Source: an uncultured Chloroflexia bacterium (GTDB lineage: Bacteria; Chloroflexota; Limnocylindria; Limnocylindrales; CSP1-4). Taken from it: a stretch of DNA of 64,000 bases. Made by a program: the position numbers and the translations under genes. This document shows, in pieces, positions 22,089 to 31,917 of this stretch (positions within the stretch are counted from its first letter, which is position 1; every line of letters starts with the position of its first letter). Where the stretch lies: assembly GCA_963734535.1 (NCBI GenBank), contig CAVTHS010000006.1, positions 32,001 through 96,000 on the forward strand, given 5' to 3'. A model generated the notes under the pieces. That model worked only from the letters and a program-made list of their open reading frames with translations, was not told the DNA's origin and did not search any database.

Positions 22089-22781
22089 GTGAAGGTCGTC
22101 GTGGGGCTCGGGAATCCGGGCGAGCAGTACGCGAAGACACGCCACAACATCGGCTGGATGGTGGTCGACCGGCTCGCGGACCGTGCTGGCTGGGCGGGGC
22201 GCGGGCGGACGCGTGATGCCAGCGCCGTCGTGCAGGGCCGCTTCCACGGCCTGGACCTCGTGCTCGCCAAACCGCTCACCTTCATGAACGACTCCGGCGT
22301 TGCGGTCCGCAAGCTGATCGCCCGGGAGCGCGCTCCCCTCCACGAGCTGCTGGTGGTCACCGACGACTTCAGCCTCCCGTTCGGGAAGATGCGCTTCCGC
22401 GAAGGCGGAAGCCACGGCGGCCACAACGGCCTTCGCTCCATCATCGAGGAGCTGAGCACCGAGGCCTTCCCCCGCCTCCGGATCGGGATCGGCGAGCCCG
22501 GACGGGACGCCGTGGACCACGTGCTCTCCGTCTTCCAGCACGCCGAGCGACAGCGGCTCGACGAGCTGCTCGACGCGGCCGCGGATGCGACCGAGGCATG
22601 GGCGCGGGACGGCCTGAGCAAGGCCTCCAACCGGTTCAACGCCTTCGTGCTGCGGCCGGCCGACGAGACGCGGACCGCGCCGCCCGGCGAGGTCGACGGG
22701 CCGCCCGGTCCCGACGGCGTTCGGCGGACCCGGACCGGCTGGCGGCGAGCCCGGCCGGGTGGCCCGGACGAGCCCGCGTGA
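22089..22781 (+). CDS. pth: Peptidyl-tRNA hydrolase
   Basis: VGLGNPG..Y..TRHNIG, KPLTFMNDSG, GGHNGLRS, RLRIGIG. Confidence 0.96.
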   Translation: MKVVVGLGNPGEQYAKTRHNIGWMVVDRLADRAGWAGRGRTRDASAVVQGRFHGLDLVLAKPLTFMNDSGVAVRKLIARERAPLHELLVVTDDFSLPFGKMRFREGGSHGGHNGLRSIIEELSTEAFPRLRIGIGEPGRDAVDHVLSVFQHAERQRLDELLDAAADATEAWARDGLSKASNRFNAFVLRPADETRTAPPGEVDGPPGPDGVRRTRTGWRRARPGGPDEPA

Positions 22782-25700
22782 GCGGACGCCATCCGGTTGC
22801 CGGCGGCCGGTCAGAGTCCGGCGGCCGGGCAGCTGCCGTTCCCGGATCGGGGCAGGCCATCACGACCTCCGGTGTCCCGATGCGCGGCGTCGAGCCCGAG
22901 GACCGCGGCGCGCGCCGGCGGATCCCCGATCTCGCGGTCCTGCCGCCGCTCCTTCACGGCACCGCGCCGTTCCTCGCGCTGAGCGGGGCGCTCGGGCCGG
23001 GCGGCTCGGCGCCCGGTCCCCGGGGCCGACATGCGGCCGTGACCGCCGTCCCGCACGGCGCCAAGACGTTCCTGGCTGCCGCGCTCGCCCTCGCAGGCGG
23101 CGAGCGCGTCTGCTGGATCGCGCGCGACGCGGAGATCGGCGATCGCGTCGCGGAGGAGCTCACGGCATGGCTCGGGGACCCGGCCGCCGTGGCCGTCCTC
23201 GAGCCGCGCACCGCCCTCGCCTACGAGCGGAGCGAGCTCGTCCGTGACGAATCGGCGGCCCGCGTGGCGGCGCTCGCTGCGTGGCGAGCCGGGCGCGCCA
23301 GGGTGCTCGTGGCCTCGGTCCAGGCGCTCCTCCAGCCGACGCTCGGCGGAGACGACCTGCCGGCCGCGCCGCGTTCCATCCGTGTCGGGGACCGGCAGGT
23401 CCAGGGCGCCCTCCTCGCGGAGCTGCTCCGGCTGGGCTACGAGCCGGTGATCGAGGTCGCCGGTCGGGGCGAGTTCGCGCGGCGCGGCGGGCTCGTGGAC
23501 ATCTTCGCCGCCGGAGCGGACCTTCCCGTCCGGATCGAGTTCTTCGGCGACGAGATCGACAGCCTGCGCCGGTTCGATCCCGCGGACCAGCGCACGGTCG
23601 GGCCCGCCGAGGTCGTCGACCTGCTGCCTGCAAGCGAGTTCCTCCTCCCCGTCTCGGGCATGGCGGGCATCCGGTCGCGGCTGGGCTCCCTGGCAGGGAA
23701 GCTGCCCGAGCGCCTGGGCGCCGATCTCGCCCGTTTCGAGGGAGCCGACGAGGCCGGGCCGGCGACGGCCAGCGGGACGCGCGCCCTCGAGGCGGGCGAC
23801 GCGGCCGAGGTCTGGGCCGCGATCCTGTGTCCTGCCTCGGGGATCGATCACCTCCCGCCCGACACCCTCCTGGTCCTCGACGAGCCGGCCGACGTTGCCT
23901 CCGCAGCCCAGTTCCTGTGGGAGCAGGCCGCGGAGCGGCGACGCGACCTGATCGCCGCGGGCGAGCTGCCCGGCGAGTGGCCGGACGCCTACGTCGGGCC
24001 ACGGGACTGGAAGGCGCGCCTCGTCCGTGGCCGCACGCTCGAGCTCACCTGGGAGCCGGGGCCGGTCGAGGCGATCGGCGGCGGGCCGGCGACCGAGGAC
24101 CCGTTCGGCTGGCGCGAGCCGATGCTGCCGCCGGGCAGGAGCGCGAGCCTCCCGCGCGCCATCGAGCGCTGGCGTGCCGGCCGGTCGGCCACGGTGCCGA
24201 TCGCCGAGGAGGAGGCCGACGACGTCCGTCCGGCGGTCCCGCCGGGGATCGTGTCCTCGCGCCATGCGCCCGGGGCCCAGCGATCGCCGGCGCCGCGGAT
24301 CGTGCTGGCCTCCGACCAGGCGCCCCGCCTCTCCGAGCTCCTGGGCCAGGCCGGGATCCCCGCCGGCGTGACCTTCCACCCTGCCGTCGCCCCGCCGCCC
24401 GGGGCGGTGACGCTGGTCGGGCGGAGCTTGAACGCCGGGTTCGCCGGCGGGCCGGACGGCCTCGTGCTGGTCACCGACCGCGAGCTGTTCGGCGCCGTCC
24501 GCGTCCGCCGGCCGAAGGCGCTGCGACGCGTCGTGCCGCGCGACATCCTGGAGCGCCTCACGCCGGGCGACCTGGTCGTCCACGTCGATCACGGGATCGG
24601 CCGCTACGAACGGATGCTCCGGCGCGGGAGCGACGGCGGAGAGCGCGACTACCTCGAGATCGCGTTCGCCGGCTCGGACCGGATCTTCGTGCCCGTCGAG
24701 CAGATCAACCGCATCAGCCGGTACGCGGGTGCCGAGCGGCCCGGCCTCTCGAAGCTCGGCGGCGGGGAGTGGGCCCGGACCAAGGCCCGCGTCCGCCAGG
24801 CCGTCAGCGACCTGGCAGAGGAGCTTCTCGAGCTCTACGCCGCCCGGGCTGCCGCGGAGGGCCACGCCTTCCCGTCCGACACGCCCTGGCAGCAGGAGCT
24901 CGAGGCCTCGTTCCCCTACGAGGAGACTCCGGACCAGCAGCGAGCCATCGTCGACGTGAAGGCGGACATGGAGGCCGGCCGGCCGATGGACCGGGTGGTC
25001 GTCGGCGACGTCGGCTACGGCAAGACCGAGGTCGCCCTGCGGGCGGCGTTCAAGGCAATCCAGGACGGCCGCCAGGTGGCGGTCCTGGTCCCGACGACCA
25101 TCCTTGCCGACCAGCACATGCGCACGTTCGCCCAGCGCTTTGCGGCCTTCCCCATCACGGTGCGGCTGCTCTCGCGGTCGGTGCCGCCGCGCGAGCAGCA
25201 GGCCACGCTCGCCGGGCTGGCAACCGGCTCGGTCGACCTGATCGTCGGGACGCATCGACTCCTCTCGAAGGACGTCGTGATCCGCGACCTGGGCCTCCTC
25301 GTCGTGGACGAGGAGCAGCGCTTCGGGGTCGCCGCGAAGGAACGTCTGAAGCAGCTTCGCCGCGAGGTGGACGTCCTGACCCTCTCGGCGACCCCCATCC
25401 CGCGGACGCTCAACCTGGCACTCGTCGGGGTGCGCGACCTGTCCGTGATCGAGACGCCGCCCGAGGACCGCCTGCCCATCCAGACGCGCGTGGCCGAGGC
25501 GTCCGCCGGGCTCGTCAAGGACGCCGTGCTGCGCGAGCTCGATCGGGGAGGGCAGGCGTTCTATGTCCACAACCGGGTGGAGACGATCGAGGCGCAGGCG
25601 GACCAGCTCCGGCGGCTCCTGCCGGGCGCGCGGATCGTGGTCGGCCACGGACAGATGGACGAGCGACAGCTCGAGGAGGTCATGCGCAGCTTCGCGGGCG

Positions 25701-26626
25701 GCCAGGCGGACGTCCTCGTCTGCACCACCATCATCGAGTCCGGCCTGGACATCCCGAACGCGAACACGATCGTGATCGACCGCGCCGACACCCTGGGCCT
25801 CGCCCAGCTCTACCAGCTGCGCGGCCGCGTGGGACGGAGCTCGCGGCGCGCCTATGCCTACCTCCTCTACCGGCGCCGCGACCGGCTCTCCGACGAGGCG
25901 CGCAAGCGACTCCAGGCGATCTTCAACGCCTCGGAGCTTGGCGCGGGCTTCCAGATCGCGCTCTCCGACCTGGAGATCCGCGGCGCGGGCAACATCCTGG
26001 GCGGCGAGCAGTCGGGCCACATGGCGGCCGTCGGGTTCGACCTGTACACGAGGCTCCTCGCGGAGGCGGTCGAGGAACGCAAGGCGACCTGGGAGGGTCG
26101 TGCGCCGACGCTCGCCCCGGCGGGCGCCACGGTGGACCTGCCCGTCGACGCCCACCTCCCGGACGCCTACGTTCCCGACGAGGCGGCGAAGCTCGAGCTC
26201 TACCGGCGCCTGGCGCGCGCCCGGACCCGCGGGGATCTCGCCGCGTTCCGGCAGGAGGTTGCCGACCGCTTCGGGCCGCCGCCGCCAGCGGTGATCCGGC
26301 TCGTGGAGGTCGCGGAGCTGCGTCTCGCCGCGGAGGCCGCCGGGATCAGCTCGCTCGCTCGCGAGGAGGGCCAGCTGGTGGTCCGCTTCGGATCGGGCCT
26401 TTCGCGAGGCGAGGCGATGCGCCTCATCGCCGGCGCGCCGCTTCCCGGCGTGCGGCCGGGCGACATGACGTTCGCGGCGAGCCAGGTCCGTATCAGGATC
26501 CCGCGGGACGCTGCCCGGGCGTGGGTCCTGACCCAGGCCATCGTCACCCGCGTGGCCGCGGCGCGCGGACCCGACGGCGCGGATCAGGCGTCTCCTGCCG
26601 CCTCCTCGCCCCCCCGGAACCGGTAG
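22778..26626 (+). CDS. mfd: Transcription-repair coupling factor
   Basis: UvrB-like module, VVHVDHGIG, FPYEETPDQ, GDVGYGKTE, DEEQRFG, QLRGRVGR, DLEIRGAG. Start may be 22880. Confidence 0.96.
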   Translation: MSGRHPVAGGRSESGGRAAAVPGSGQAITTSGVPMRGVEPEDRGARRRIPDLAVLPPLLHGTAPFLALSGALGPGGSAPGPRGRHAAVTAVPHGAKTFLAAALALAGGERVCWIARDAEIGDRVAEELTAWLGDPAAVAVLEPRTALAYERSELVRDESAARVAALAAWRAGRARVLVASVQALLQPTLGGDDLPAAPRSIRVGDRQVQGALLAELLRLGYEPVIEVAGRGEFARRGGLVDIFAAGADLPVRIEFFGDEIDSLRRFDPADQRTVGPAEVVDLLPASEFLLPVSGMAGIRSRLGSLAGKLPERLGADLARFEGADEAGPATASGTRALEAGDAAEVWAAILCPASGIDHLPPDTLLVLDEPADVASAAQFLWEQAAERRRDLIAAGELPGEWPDAYVGPRDWKARLVRGRTLELTWEPGPVEAIGGGPATEDPFGWREPMLPPGRSASLPRAIERWRAGRSATVPIAEEEADDVRPAVPPGIVSSRHAPGAQRSPAPRIVLASDQAPRLSELLGQAGIPAGVTFHPAVAPPPGAVTLVGRSLNAGFAGGPDGLVLVTDRELFGAVRVRRPKALRRVVPRDILERLTPGDLVVHVDHGIGRYERMLRRGSDGGERDYLEIAFAGSDRIFVPVEQINRISRYAGAERPGLSKLGGGEWARTKARVRQAVSDLAEELLELYAARAAAEGHAFPSDTPWQQELEASFPYEETPDQQRAIVDVKADMEAGRPMDRVVVGDVGYGKTEVALRAAFKAIQDGRQVAVLVPTTILADQHMRTFAQRFAAFPITVRLLSRSVPPREQQATLAGLATGSVDLIVGTHRLLSKDVVIRDLGLLVVDEEQRFGVAAKERLKQLRREVDVLTLSATPIPRTLNLALVGVRDLSVIETPPEDRLPIQTRVAEASAGLVKDAVLRELDRGGQAFYVHNRVETIEAQADQLRRLLPGARIVVGHGQMDERQLEEVMRSFAGGQADVLVCTTIIESGLDIPNANTIVIDRADTLGLAQLYQLRGRVGRSSRRAYAYLLYRRRDRLSDEARKRLQAIFNASELGAGFQIALSDLEIRGAGNILGGEQSGHMAAVGFDLYTRLLAEAVEERKATWEGRAPTLAPAGATVDLPVDAHLPDAYVPDEAAKLELYRRLARARTRGDLAAFRQEVADRFGPPPPAVIRLVEVAELRLAAEAAGISSLAREEGQLVVRFGSGLSRGEAMRLIAGAPLPGVRPGDMTFAASQVRIRIPRDAARAWVLTQAIVTRVAAARGPDGADQASPAASSPPRNR

Positions 26627-27309
26627 CCCACGCCGTAGCTCGTGGCGATGAACCGGCGCGTCGGCGCGGCCTCGGCGAGCTTGGCCCGCAGGTTGCGCAT
26701 CGTCACCCGGAGCAGGTGGAGGTCGTCGCCGTAGCCCGGGCCCCAGACCGCGGTCAGCAGGTCGGTGTGGCCGACGACGGACTCCGGGCGCTCGGCGAGA
26801 TGGCGCAGGAGGCGGTACTCGGTTGGGGTGAGGTGGACCTCGCGGTCTCCGGCGGTCACCCGGTGATCCCGCCCGTCGATGACGAGGCCCGGGTGGCGGA
26901 GCTCGTCGCCCGCGATGGCCATGGCACGGGCGTTCGCGCGTCGGAGGACGGCTTCGATGCGCGCCATCAGCTCCGGGAAGCTGAGCGGCTTCGTCATGTA
27001 GTCGTCGGCGCCGGCGCCCAGGCCGCGGATCTTGTCCTGCTCGGCGTCCCGCGCGGTCACGAGGAGGATCGGGACAAGGCTCGTCGCCCGGATCCGCTCG
27101 ATCACCTGCCAGCCGTTCAGGCGCGGCAGGCTGAGGTCAAGCAGGACGAGGTCCGGCTCCTCGGCCTCGAAGCTGACGACCGCCTCGGCCCCGTCGTGCG
27201 CCACCCGCGGCCGCCAGCCGTGCCGCTCCACCCACAGCGCGAGGAGGTCCGCGAACTCCGGCTCATCCTCCACGATGAGGATGCGTGCCCCGGGCGGCGG
27301 GTCGGGCAT
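26584..27309 (-). CDS. OmpR/PhoB-family response regulator (KdpE-like)
   Basis: ILIVEDE, LLDLSLP, GADDYMTKP, LTPTEYRLL, GVGYRF; start overlaps the kinase stop. Confidence 0.95.
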   Translation of the reverse strand: MPDPPPGARILIVEDEPEFADLLALWVERHGWRPRVAHDGAEAVVSFEAEEPDLVLLDLSLPRLNGWQVIERIRATSLVPILLVTARDAEQDKIRGLGAGADDYMTKPLSFPELMARIEAVLRRANARAMAIAGDELRHPGLVIDGRDHRVTAGDREVHLTPTEYRLLRHLAERPESVVGHTDLLTAVWGPGYGDDLHLLRVTMRNLRAKLAEAAPTRRFIATSYGVGYRFRGGEEAAGDA

Positions 27310-28910
27310 CACTGGAGGACGGGGAGCCGGAACGAGATGGACATGCCGCGCCGGGTCGTGTCCAGTCGGATCCAGCCGCCGTGCGCCTCGACGAGCCGCC
27401 GGCAGACGTAGAGCCCCAGGCCGCTCCCCGGGATGCGCGACTCGCGCATCCGCCCGCCCCGGAAGAACCGGTCGAAGACCTGCGCCTTCTCTCCCGGGTC
27501 GATCCCCTCGCCGTCGTCGGCGAAGGTGACCACGACCGAGTCCGGGGGCAGGTGGCGCGCCCGGATCGTGATGGACGCCCCCGGGCCCGCGTACTTGTGG
27601 GTGTTCGCCGCCAGGTTCGCGAGGACCTGCCGGATGCGGCGGGCGTCCACGTCCACCTTCGGCAGCACCGGGACGTCGAGCGTGATGGCCGGAGCCCCGG
27701 CAAGCTCGCCATGCTCCGCGACGAACGCCTGCAGGAGGGCGCCGAGGTCCGTCGGCGCGCGATCGAGCTGGAGCTGGTCGCTCTCGAGCCGGGACACGTC
27801 GATCACCTCGTCGACGAGGGCCCCCAGCCGGTCGACGGCGTCCCCGATCCGCTCCAGGTGGTGCCGGCTCGTCGGGGCGTCGAGGCCCAGGTGCAGCAGG
27901 CTCTGGGAATGCCCGCTGATCAGGGCGAGGGGCGTCCGCAGCTCGTGCGAGATCGTGGCCACGAAGCTCGACTTGAGCGCGTCGAGCGCCCTCGTGACCC
28001 GCAGGTCGCGCAGGACCGCGACCGCGCCCGATGGGGAGCCTGTCATCCGCGCGTAGCTCGCCGCGACCGGGATCGGTGTTGCGTCCACGCCGCCGACCAC
28101 CTGCTCGCGGACCAGCGGCCGCCCGTGGGCCAGGACCTCCTGGAACGGGCACGTCCTCCCGCAGCCGCGGTTGCCGCCCCTCTCGGGCAGGCAGCCCAGG
28201 AACGCCTCGCAGGTCGCCCCGATCCCTTCGCGTTCGGCCGCCCCGACGAGCCGCGCCGCCGCGCCGTTGAGGCGCGTGATCCTCCCGTCCGAATCGACCG
28301 CGATGATCGCGTCGCTGGCGCCGTCGAGGATCGCGGCGAGCGTCGCCCGCTCCCGGAGGAGGGCGCCGCGCAGCTGCGCCGAGCGAAACGCGAGGGCGAG
28401 CTCGCGCCGGACGAGCCCGAGATAGCGGGCATGCCGGACGTCGAGCGCCTGGCCCGGCAGCGGCCGGATGGCAAGGTAGCCCAGCGCGACGCGCCCCTCC
28501 CCGCCGACTCCCAGGGCGCGGCTCTCCTCGAGCGGGACGCCGAACCAGCCGGCCCGGGCCGCCCAGCGACCGGCCGCCGTAGAGTCGGGGAACGAGGCGG
28601 GGAGCTCGGCTGGGTCGCCGGTTCCACCGACCGGATGCTGCCCAGCGGGTGGCAGCGAGGCGACCCGGTGGAGCGTCCGACGCGCGGGCGTCGCGAGCCA
28701 GAGCACCGCGTCGCCTGCGCCGCTCGTACGAGCGATCTCGGCGAGGACGGCCGGGGCCAGCTTCGCGAGGTCGTCGCCGGACGCCAGCAGCTGGCTCAGC
28801 TGGTACTGGGCAAACATCGCGTCGGCCTCTCGCTGGGCCTCGTCGAAGGTTCGCCGCCGCTCATCCTCCAGGCTGGCCACGCGCGCCCGGAGCACGTCCA
28901 GCTCGGTCAC
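27309..28910 (-). CDS. Soluble sensor histidine kinase (coiled coil-GAF-PAS-HisKA-HATPase)
   Basis: SHELRTPL H-box; QVLANLAAN, DDGEG, FDRFFRG, GSGLGL. PAS region AIIAVDSDGRITRLN. No TM segment. GTGA overlap with the upstream dhaL stop. Confidence 0.92.
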   Translation of the reverse strand: MTELDVLRARVASLEDERRRTFDEAQREADAMFAQYQLSQLLASGDDLAKLAPAVLAEIARTSGAGDAVLWLATPARRTLHRVASLPPAGQHPVGGTGDPAELPASFPDSTAAGRWAARAGWFGVPLEESRALGVGGEGRVALGYLAIRPLPGQALDVRHARYLGLVRRELALAFRSAQLRGALLRERATLAAILDGASDAIIAVDSDGRITRLNGAAARLVGAAEREGIGATCEAFLGCLPERGGNRGCGRTCPFQEVLAHGRPLVREQVVGGVDATPIPVAASYARMTGSPSGAVAVLRDLRVTRALDALKSSFVATISHELRTPLALISGHSQSLLHLGLDAPTSRHHLERIGDAVDRLGALVDEVIDVSRLESDQLQLDRAPTDLGALLQAFVAEHGELAGAPAITLDVPVLPKVDVDARRIRQVLANLAANTHKYAGPGASITIRARHLPPDSVVVTFADDGEGIDPGEKAQVFDRFFRGGRMRESRIPGSGLGLYVCRRLVEAHGGWIRLDTTRRGMSISFRLPVLQ

Positions 28911-29632
28911 CGGCGCCTCAGGGACCGGCGGCCGCTCGTCCGCCCATCGAGCATCGAGCGGAACAGGAGGAAGCACGAGGTTGCGCCCGGATCTCGGTGG
29001 CCGCGTGAACGCTCGCCGAGGCGCAGGGCGAGGCCCCGCCGGGCGACCATGGGGATCGTGGCCCGGACGCCCGCCCGCGCGGCCCGCGCCGCGCGCACGA
29101 AGGCCTCGTCCGGCGGGATGCCGGCGGCCGATCCGGCCTGGAGCGCCCGCACCGCGGGCTCCAGCGCGTCGAGGATGGTCTTGTCGCCGAGTCGGCACCT
29201 GCCGCGACGGGCAAGGCCGGCCCGGCCCGCGTCCAGCGCGCGCGCGAGCGTGGGCAGGTCGACCGCGTGGCGGCCGTCGAGCGCGAATCCCGTCTCGATG
29301 AAAAGCGTCCCGTACAGGGGGCCGCTTGCCCCGCCGACGCTGGCAACCAGCGTGTGGCCGATGCGGCGAAGCAGGGCCCCGACGTCGAGCGGTCCGGCCG
29401 CCTCGGCCGGTGCTTCGTCCTGGAGCGCCCGGATCACCGCCTGCAGGCCCGTGCTCATGTTCGTGCCGTGGTCGCCGTCGCCGAGCGCCGCGTCGAGCCG
29501 GTCGAGCAGCGCCTCGTGGCGCGCGATGGTGACGGCAGCACGCCCGACGAAGGCGACGACGTCCTCGGCGGTGATCGCGACCGCGGAGGCGCCGGCACCC
29601 GCCGCGGCTCGGTCGGGTCGCCCTAGACTCAT
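28907..29632 (-). CDS. DhaL (DAK2) paralog with degenerate catalytic loop
   Basis: [30 protein letters not shown] and DPGATS are kept; [11 protein letters not shown] is replaced by RGLALRLGERS. Confidence 0.88.
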   Translation of the reverse strand: MSLGRPDRAAAGAGASAVAITAEDVVAFVGRAAVTIARHEALLDRLDAALGDGDHGTNMSTGLQAVIRALQDEAPAEAAGPLDVGALLRRIGHTLVASVGGASGPLYGTLFIETGFALDGRHAVDLPTLARALDAGRAGLARRGRCRLGDKTILDALEPAVRALQAGSAAGIPPDEAFVRAARAARAGVRATIPMVARRGLALRLGERSRGHRDPGATSCFLLFRSMLDGRTSGRRSLRRR

Positions 29633-29709
29633 GCAGCCAGAGTCTACCCTTCGCCACGAGCAGGTCCGCGGCGATCCGGGCGGACGCCGGACAGCTCGGG
29701 AGGTGTTCG

Positions 29710-30174
29710 ATGGTCGCGCTCGTCCTGGTGGGCCACAGCCCCGAGCTCCTGCACGGGCTCCGCGCGATGCTCGCCCAGGCCGCGGCCGGCGTCCCCGTCC
29801 GCGTGGCCGGCGGCACAGATAGTGGTGCGCTGGGGACCAGCGCGCCGCGGATCCTGCACGCGATGCGCTCCGCCCTTGCGGATGCCCCGGACGGAGCGAT
29901 CGTGCTGCTCGACCTCGGCAGCGCCGCGCTCGCCCTCGAGATGGCGCTCGATGAGCTCGAGCCGTCCGCACGTGCCCGTGTGCGGGTGAGTCGGGGCGCG
30001 ATCGTCGAGGGAGCCGTGCGAGCCGCCGTCGAGGCTGCCGGCGGCGGGTCGCTCGCGGCCGTGCTCGCGGCCTCGGAGACGCCGCCGGCCCGGGACAAGC
30101 TTCCCGAGGACTGGCCGGCGGACGGGGCGGCCCCCGGCACCCCGGGGGAGACCCCGGGTCGGCCGGCCCGGTGA
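29710..30174 (+). CDS. dhaM: PTS-dependent dihydroxyacetone kinase phosphotransferase subunit DhaM (EIIA-Man-like), paralog 1
   Basis: LVLVGHS (phospho-His), AGG...GTS, DLGSA, IVEGA. Confidence 0.85.
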   Translation: MVALVLVGHSPELLHGLRAMLAQAAAGVPVRVAGGTDSGALGTSAPRILHAMRSALADAPDGAIVLLDLGSAALALEMALDELEPSARARVRVSRGAIVEGAVRAAVEAAGGGSLAAVLAASETPPARDKLPEDWPADGAAPGTPGETPGRPAR

Positions 30175-30816
30175 GCGGGGCGCTCGTCGTCGCCTGGCTC
30201 CGCCTCGCGGCATCTCGCGTCGCCGCGGAGCGCATGCGCCTGACCGACCTCGACGCCGCCGTCGGCGACGGGGACCACGGGATCAACCTGGATCGCGGCT
30301 TCGCTGCCATCGAGGCGCGGCTGGCAGCTGGCGACGTCCCGACGGAGGCTCCAGCCCCCATCCTCGCCCTCGCGGCCCGAACCATCACGGGCACCGTCGG
30401 TGGGGCCAGCGGCGCGCTGTACGGCCGCGCGCTGCTGCGGGCCGACTGCGGCGGTGGAGCTCTGGCCCGTCGGCGCGGGAATGTCGGTGGCCCAGGTCGC
30501 GGCCGCGCTGCGGGCCGCGGTGGAGGGGATCGCTACCCTCGGCCGGTCCCTGCCCGGGGAGAAGACGATGCTCGACGCGCTCGTCCCGGCGGTCGCCGCG
30601 CTCGAGGAAGCTGCGGTCTCCGGCCTGGGCCTCCCTGACTCCCTGCGCCGAGCGGCGGACGCGGCCGACGCCGGTGCCCGGGCGACGGTCCCGATGCTGG
30701 CCACGAAGGGTCGCGCAAGCTACCTGGGGGAGCGCTCGATCGGCCATCTCGACCCTGGCGCCGTCTCGAGCACGCTGCTCCTCCGGGCCCTCGCGGACGC
30801 CGCGAGAGGCGCCTGA
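30171..30816 (+). CDS. dhaL: Dihydroxyacetone kinase subunit DhaL, paralog 2; apparent frameshift near 30443
   Basis: [18 protein letters not shown], then [26 protein letters not shown] in a shifted frame. Confidence 0.85.
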
Positions 30817-30870
30817 CCCCCGCCGCGGGTCGGAGTCGTCGGCGCCCGCGGCACCCTCGGGGCCGCCCAC

Positions 30871-30933
30871 CCGCAACGTTCCCGCAACCTAGACGTTTCC
30901 TTGACGTTTTTCGCCATGCCGCGGGCGTACCGT
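30871..30933 (+). promoter_or_regulatory. Putative glpF promoter with two pairs of 11-bp-spaced direct repeats
   Basis: CCGCAAC at 30871 and 30882; GACGTTT at 30892 and 30903; TACCGT -10-like hexamer at 30928-30933. Confidence 0.5.
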
Positions 30934-31076
30934 TTCGGCAACAGTGCTCGAGGGCACTGTGGCGTCGGCGTGATCGGCCGCCACGCGACCCGGGCCGGGG
31001 TCGCGGTGGTGGCAGCGGAGGGATCGAGCGAGGTTCGCAGCCGGCGTGGGTGTCCAACCCAATAGAGGGAGTGAGC

Positions 31077-31811
31077 ATGAGCACGGAGAAATTCGTAGCG
31101 GAACTGATCGGGACCATGATCCTGATCCTGCTCGGTGACGGCGTCGTCGCTGGCGTCCTTCTGAACAAGTCCAAGGCGTTTGCGGGCGGCTGGATCGTCA
31201 TCACCCTGGCGTGGGGACTTGCCGTCTTCTCGGGCGTCGTGGTTTCGGGCCCCTACAGCGGCGCGCACCTGAACCCGGCGGTCACCCTCGGTCTCGCCAT
31301 CACCGGCGCGACCCCGTGGGACCAGGTTCCGATGTACCTCGTGGCCCAGTTCCTGGGCGCGTTCATCGGCGCGACGCTGGTCTTCCTGCATTACTACCCG
31401 CACTGGGCTGAGACCGAGGACCCGGGCCTCAAGCTCGCTGTCTTCTCGACTGGCCCGGCCATCCGCAGCCCGCTCTGGAACCTGATCTCGGAGATCATCG
31501 GGACGTTCGTCCTCGTCTTCGTGATCCTGACCTTCGGGAAGAACACCGCGAGCCTCGGCCCCTTGGCCGTTGCCCTCCTCGTCGTCGTGATCGGCCTCTC
31601 GCTCGGAGGTACGACCGGGTACGCGATCAACCCCGCCCGCGACCTCGGGCCGCGGATCATGCATGCGATCCTGCCGATCCCCGGCAAGGGAGGCAGCGAC
31701 TGGGAGTACGCGTGGATCCCCGTGGTCGGTCCGCTCATCGGCGGCGCGATTGCTGCGGTCTTCTGGGTTGCCCTCTACAAGGACTTCATCCTGAAGGCCT
31801 TGCCAAACTGA
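31077..31811 (+). CDS. glpF: Glycerol uptake facilitator (MIP family)
   Basis: [10 protein letters not shown] and [13 protein letters not shown] (NPA plus D, aquaglyceroporin type). Confidence 0.95.
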   Translation: MSTEKFVAELIGTMILILLGDGVVAGVLLNKSKAFAGGWIVITLAWGLAVFSGVVVSGPYSGAHLNPAVTLGLAITGATPWDQVPMYLVAQFLGAFIGATLVFLHYYPHWAETEDPGLKLAVFSTGPAIRSPLWNLISEIIGTFVLVFVILTFGKNTASLGPLAVALLVVVIGLSLGGTTGYAINPARDLGPRIMHAILPIPGKGGSDWEYAWIPVVGPLIGGAIAAVFWVALYKDFILKALPN

Positions 31812-31828
31812 GCCGCGCCAACCCGTTC

Positions 31829-31859
31829 GCGCCGGCGGCTTCGGCCCTGCCGCCGGCGC
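31829..31859 (+). other. GC-rich intergenic hairpin between glpF and dhaK
   Basis: GCGCCGGCGGC-9 nt-GCCGCCGGCGC; no U-tract. Confidence 0.55.
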
Positions 31860-31917
31860 TCCGCACTCTCGTGAGCATCCCGAGCATCGGTTGGTTGACC
31901 CGCCATTGGAGGAGCGC

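Noticed and set aside
22811-27411. ORFs over 1000 aa overlapping mfd, and similar shadows throughout the window
   Set aside because: Arg/Pro/Gly-rich alternative-frame or antisense translations without domain motifs; expected at this GC content.
28911-30704. Long N-terminal extension of the histidine kinase (1131-aa ORF)
   Set aside because: Overlaps the dhaL and dhaM genes in other frames; protein-like sequence begins near 28910, so a DhaL-kinase fusion is not supported.
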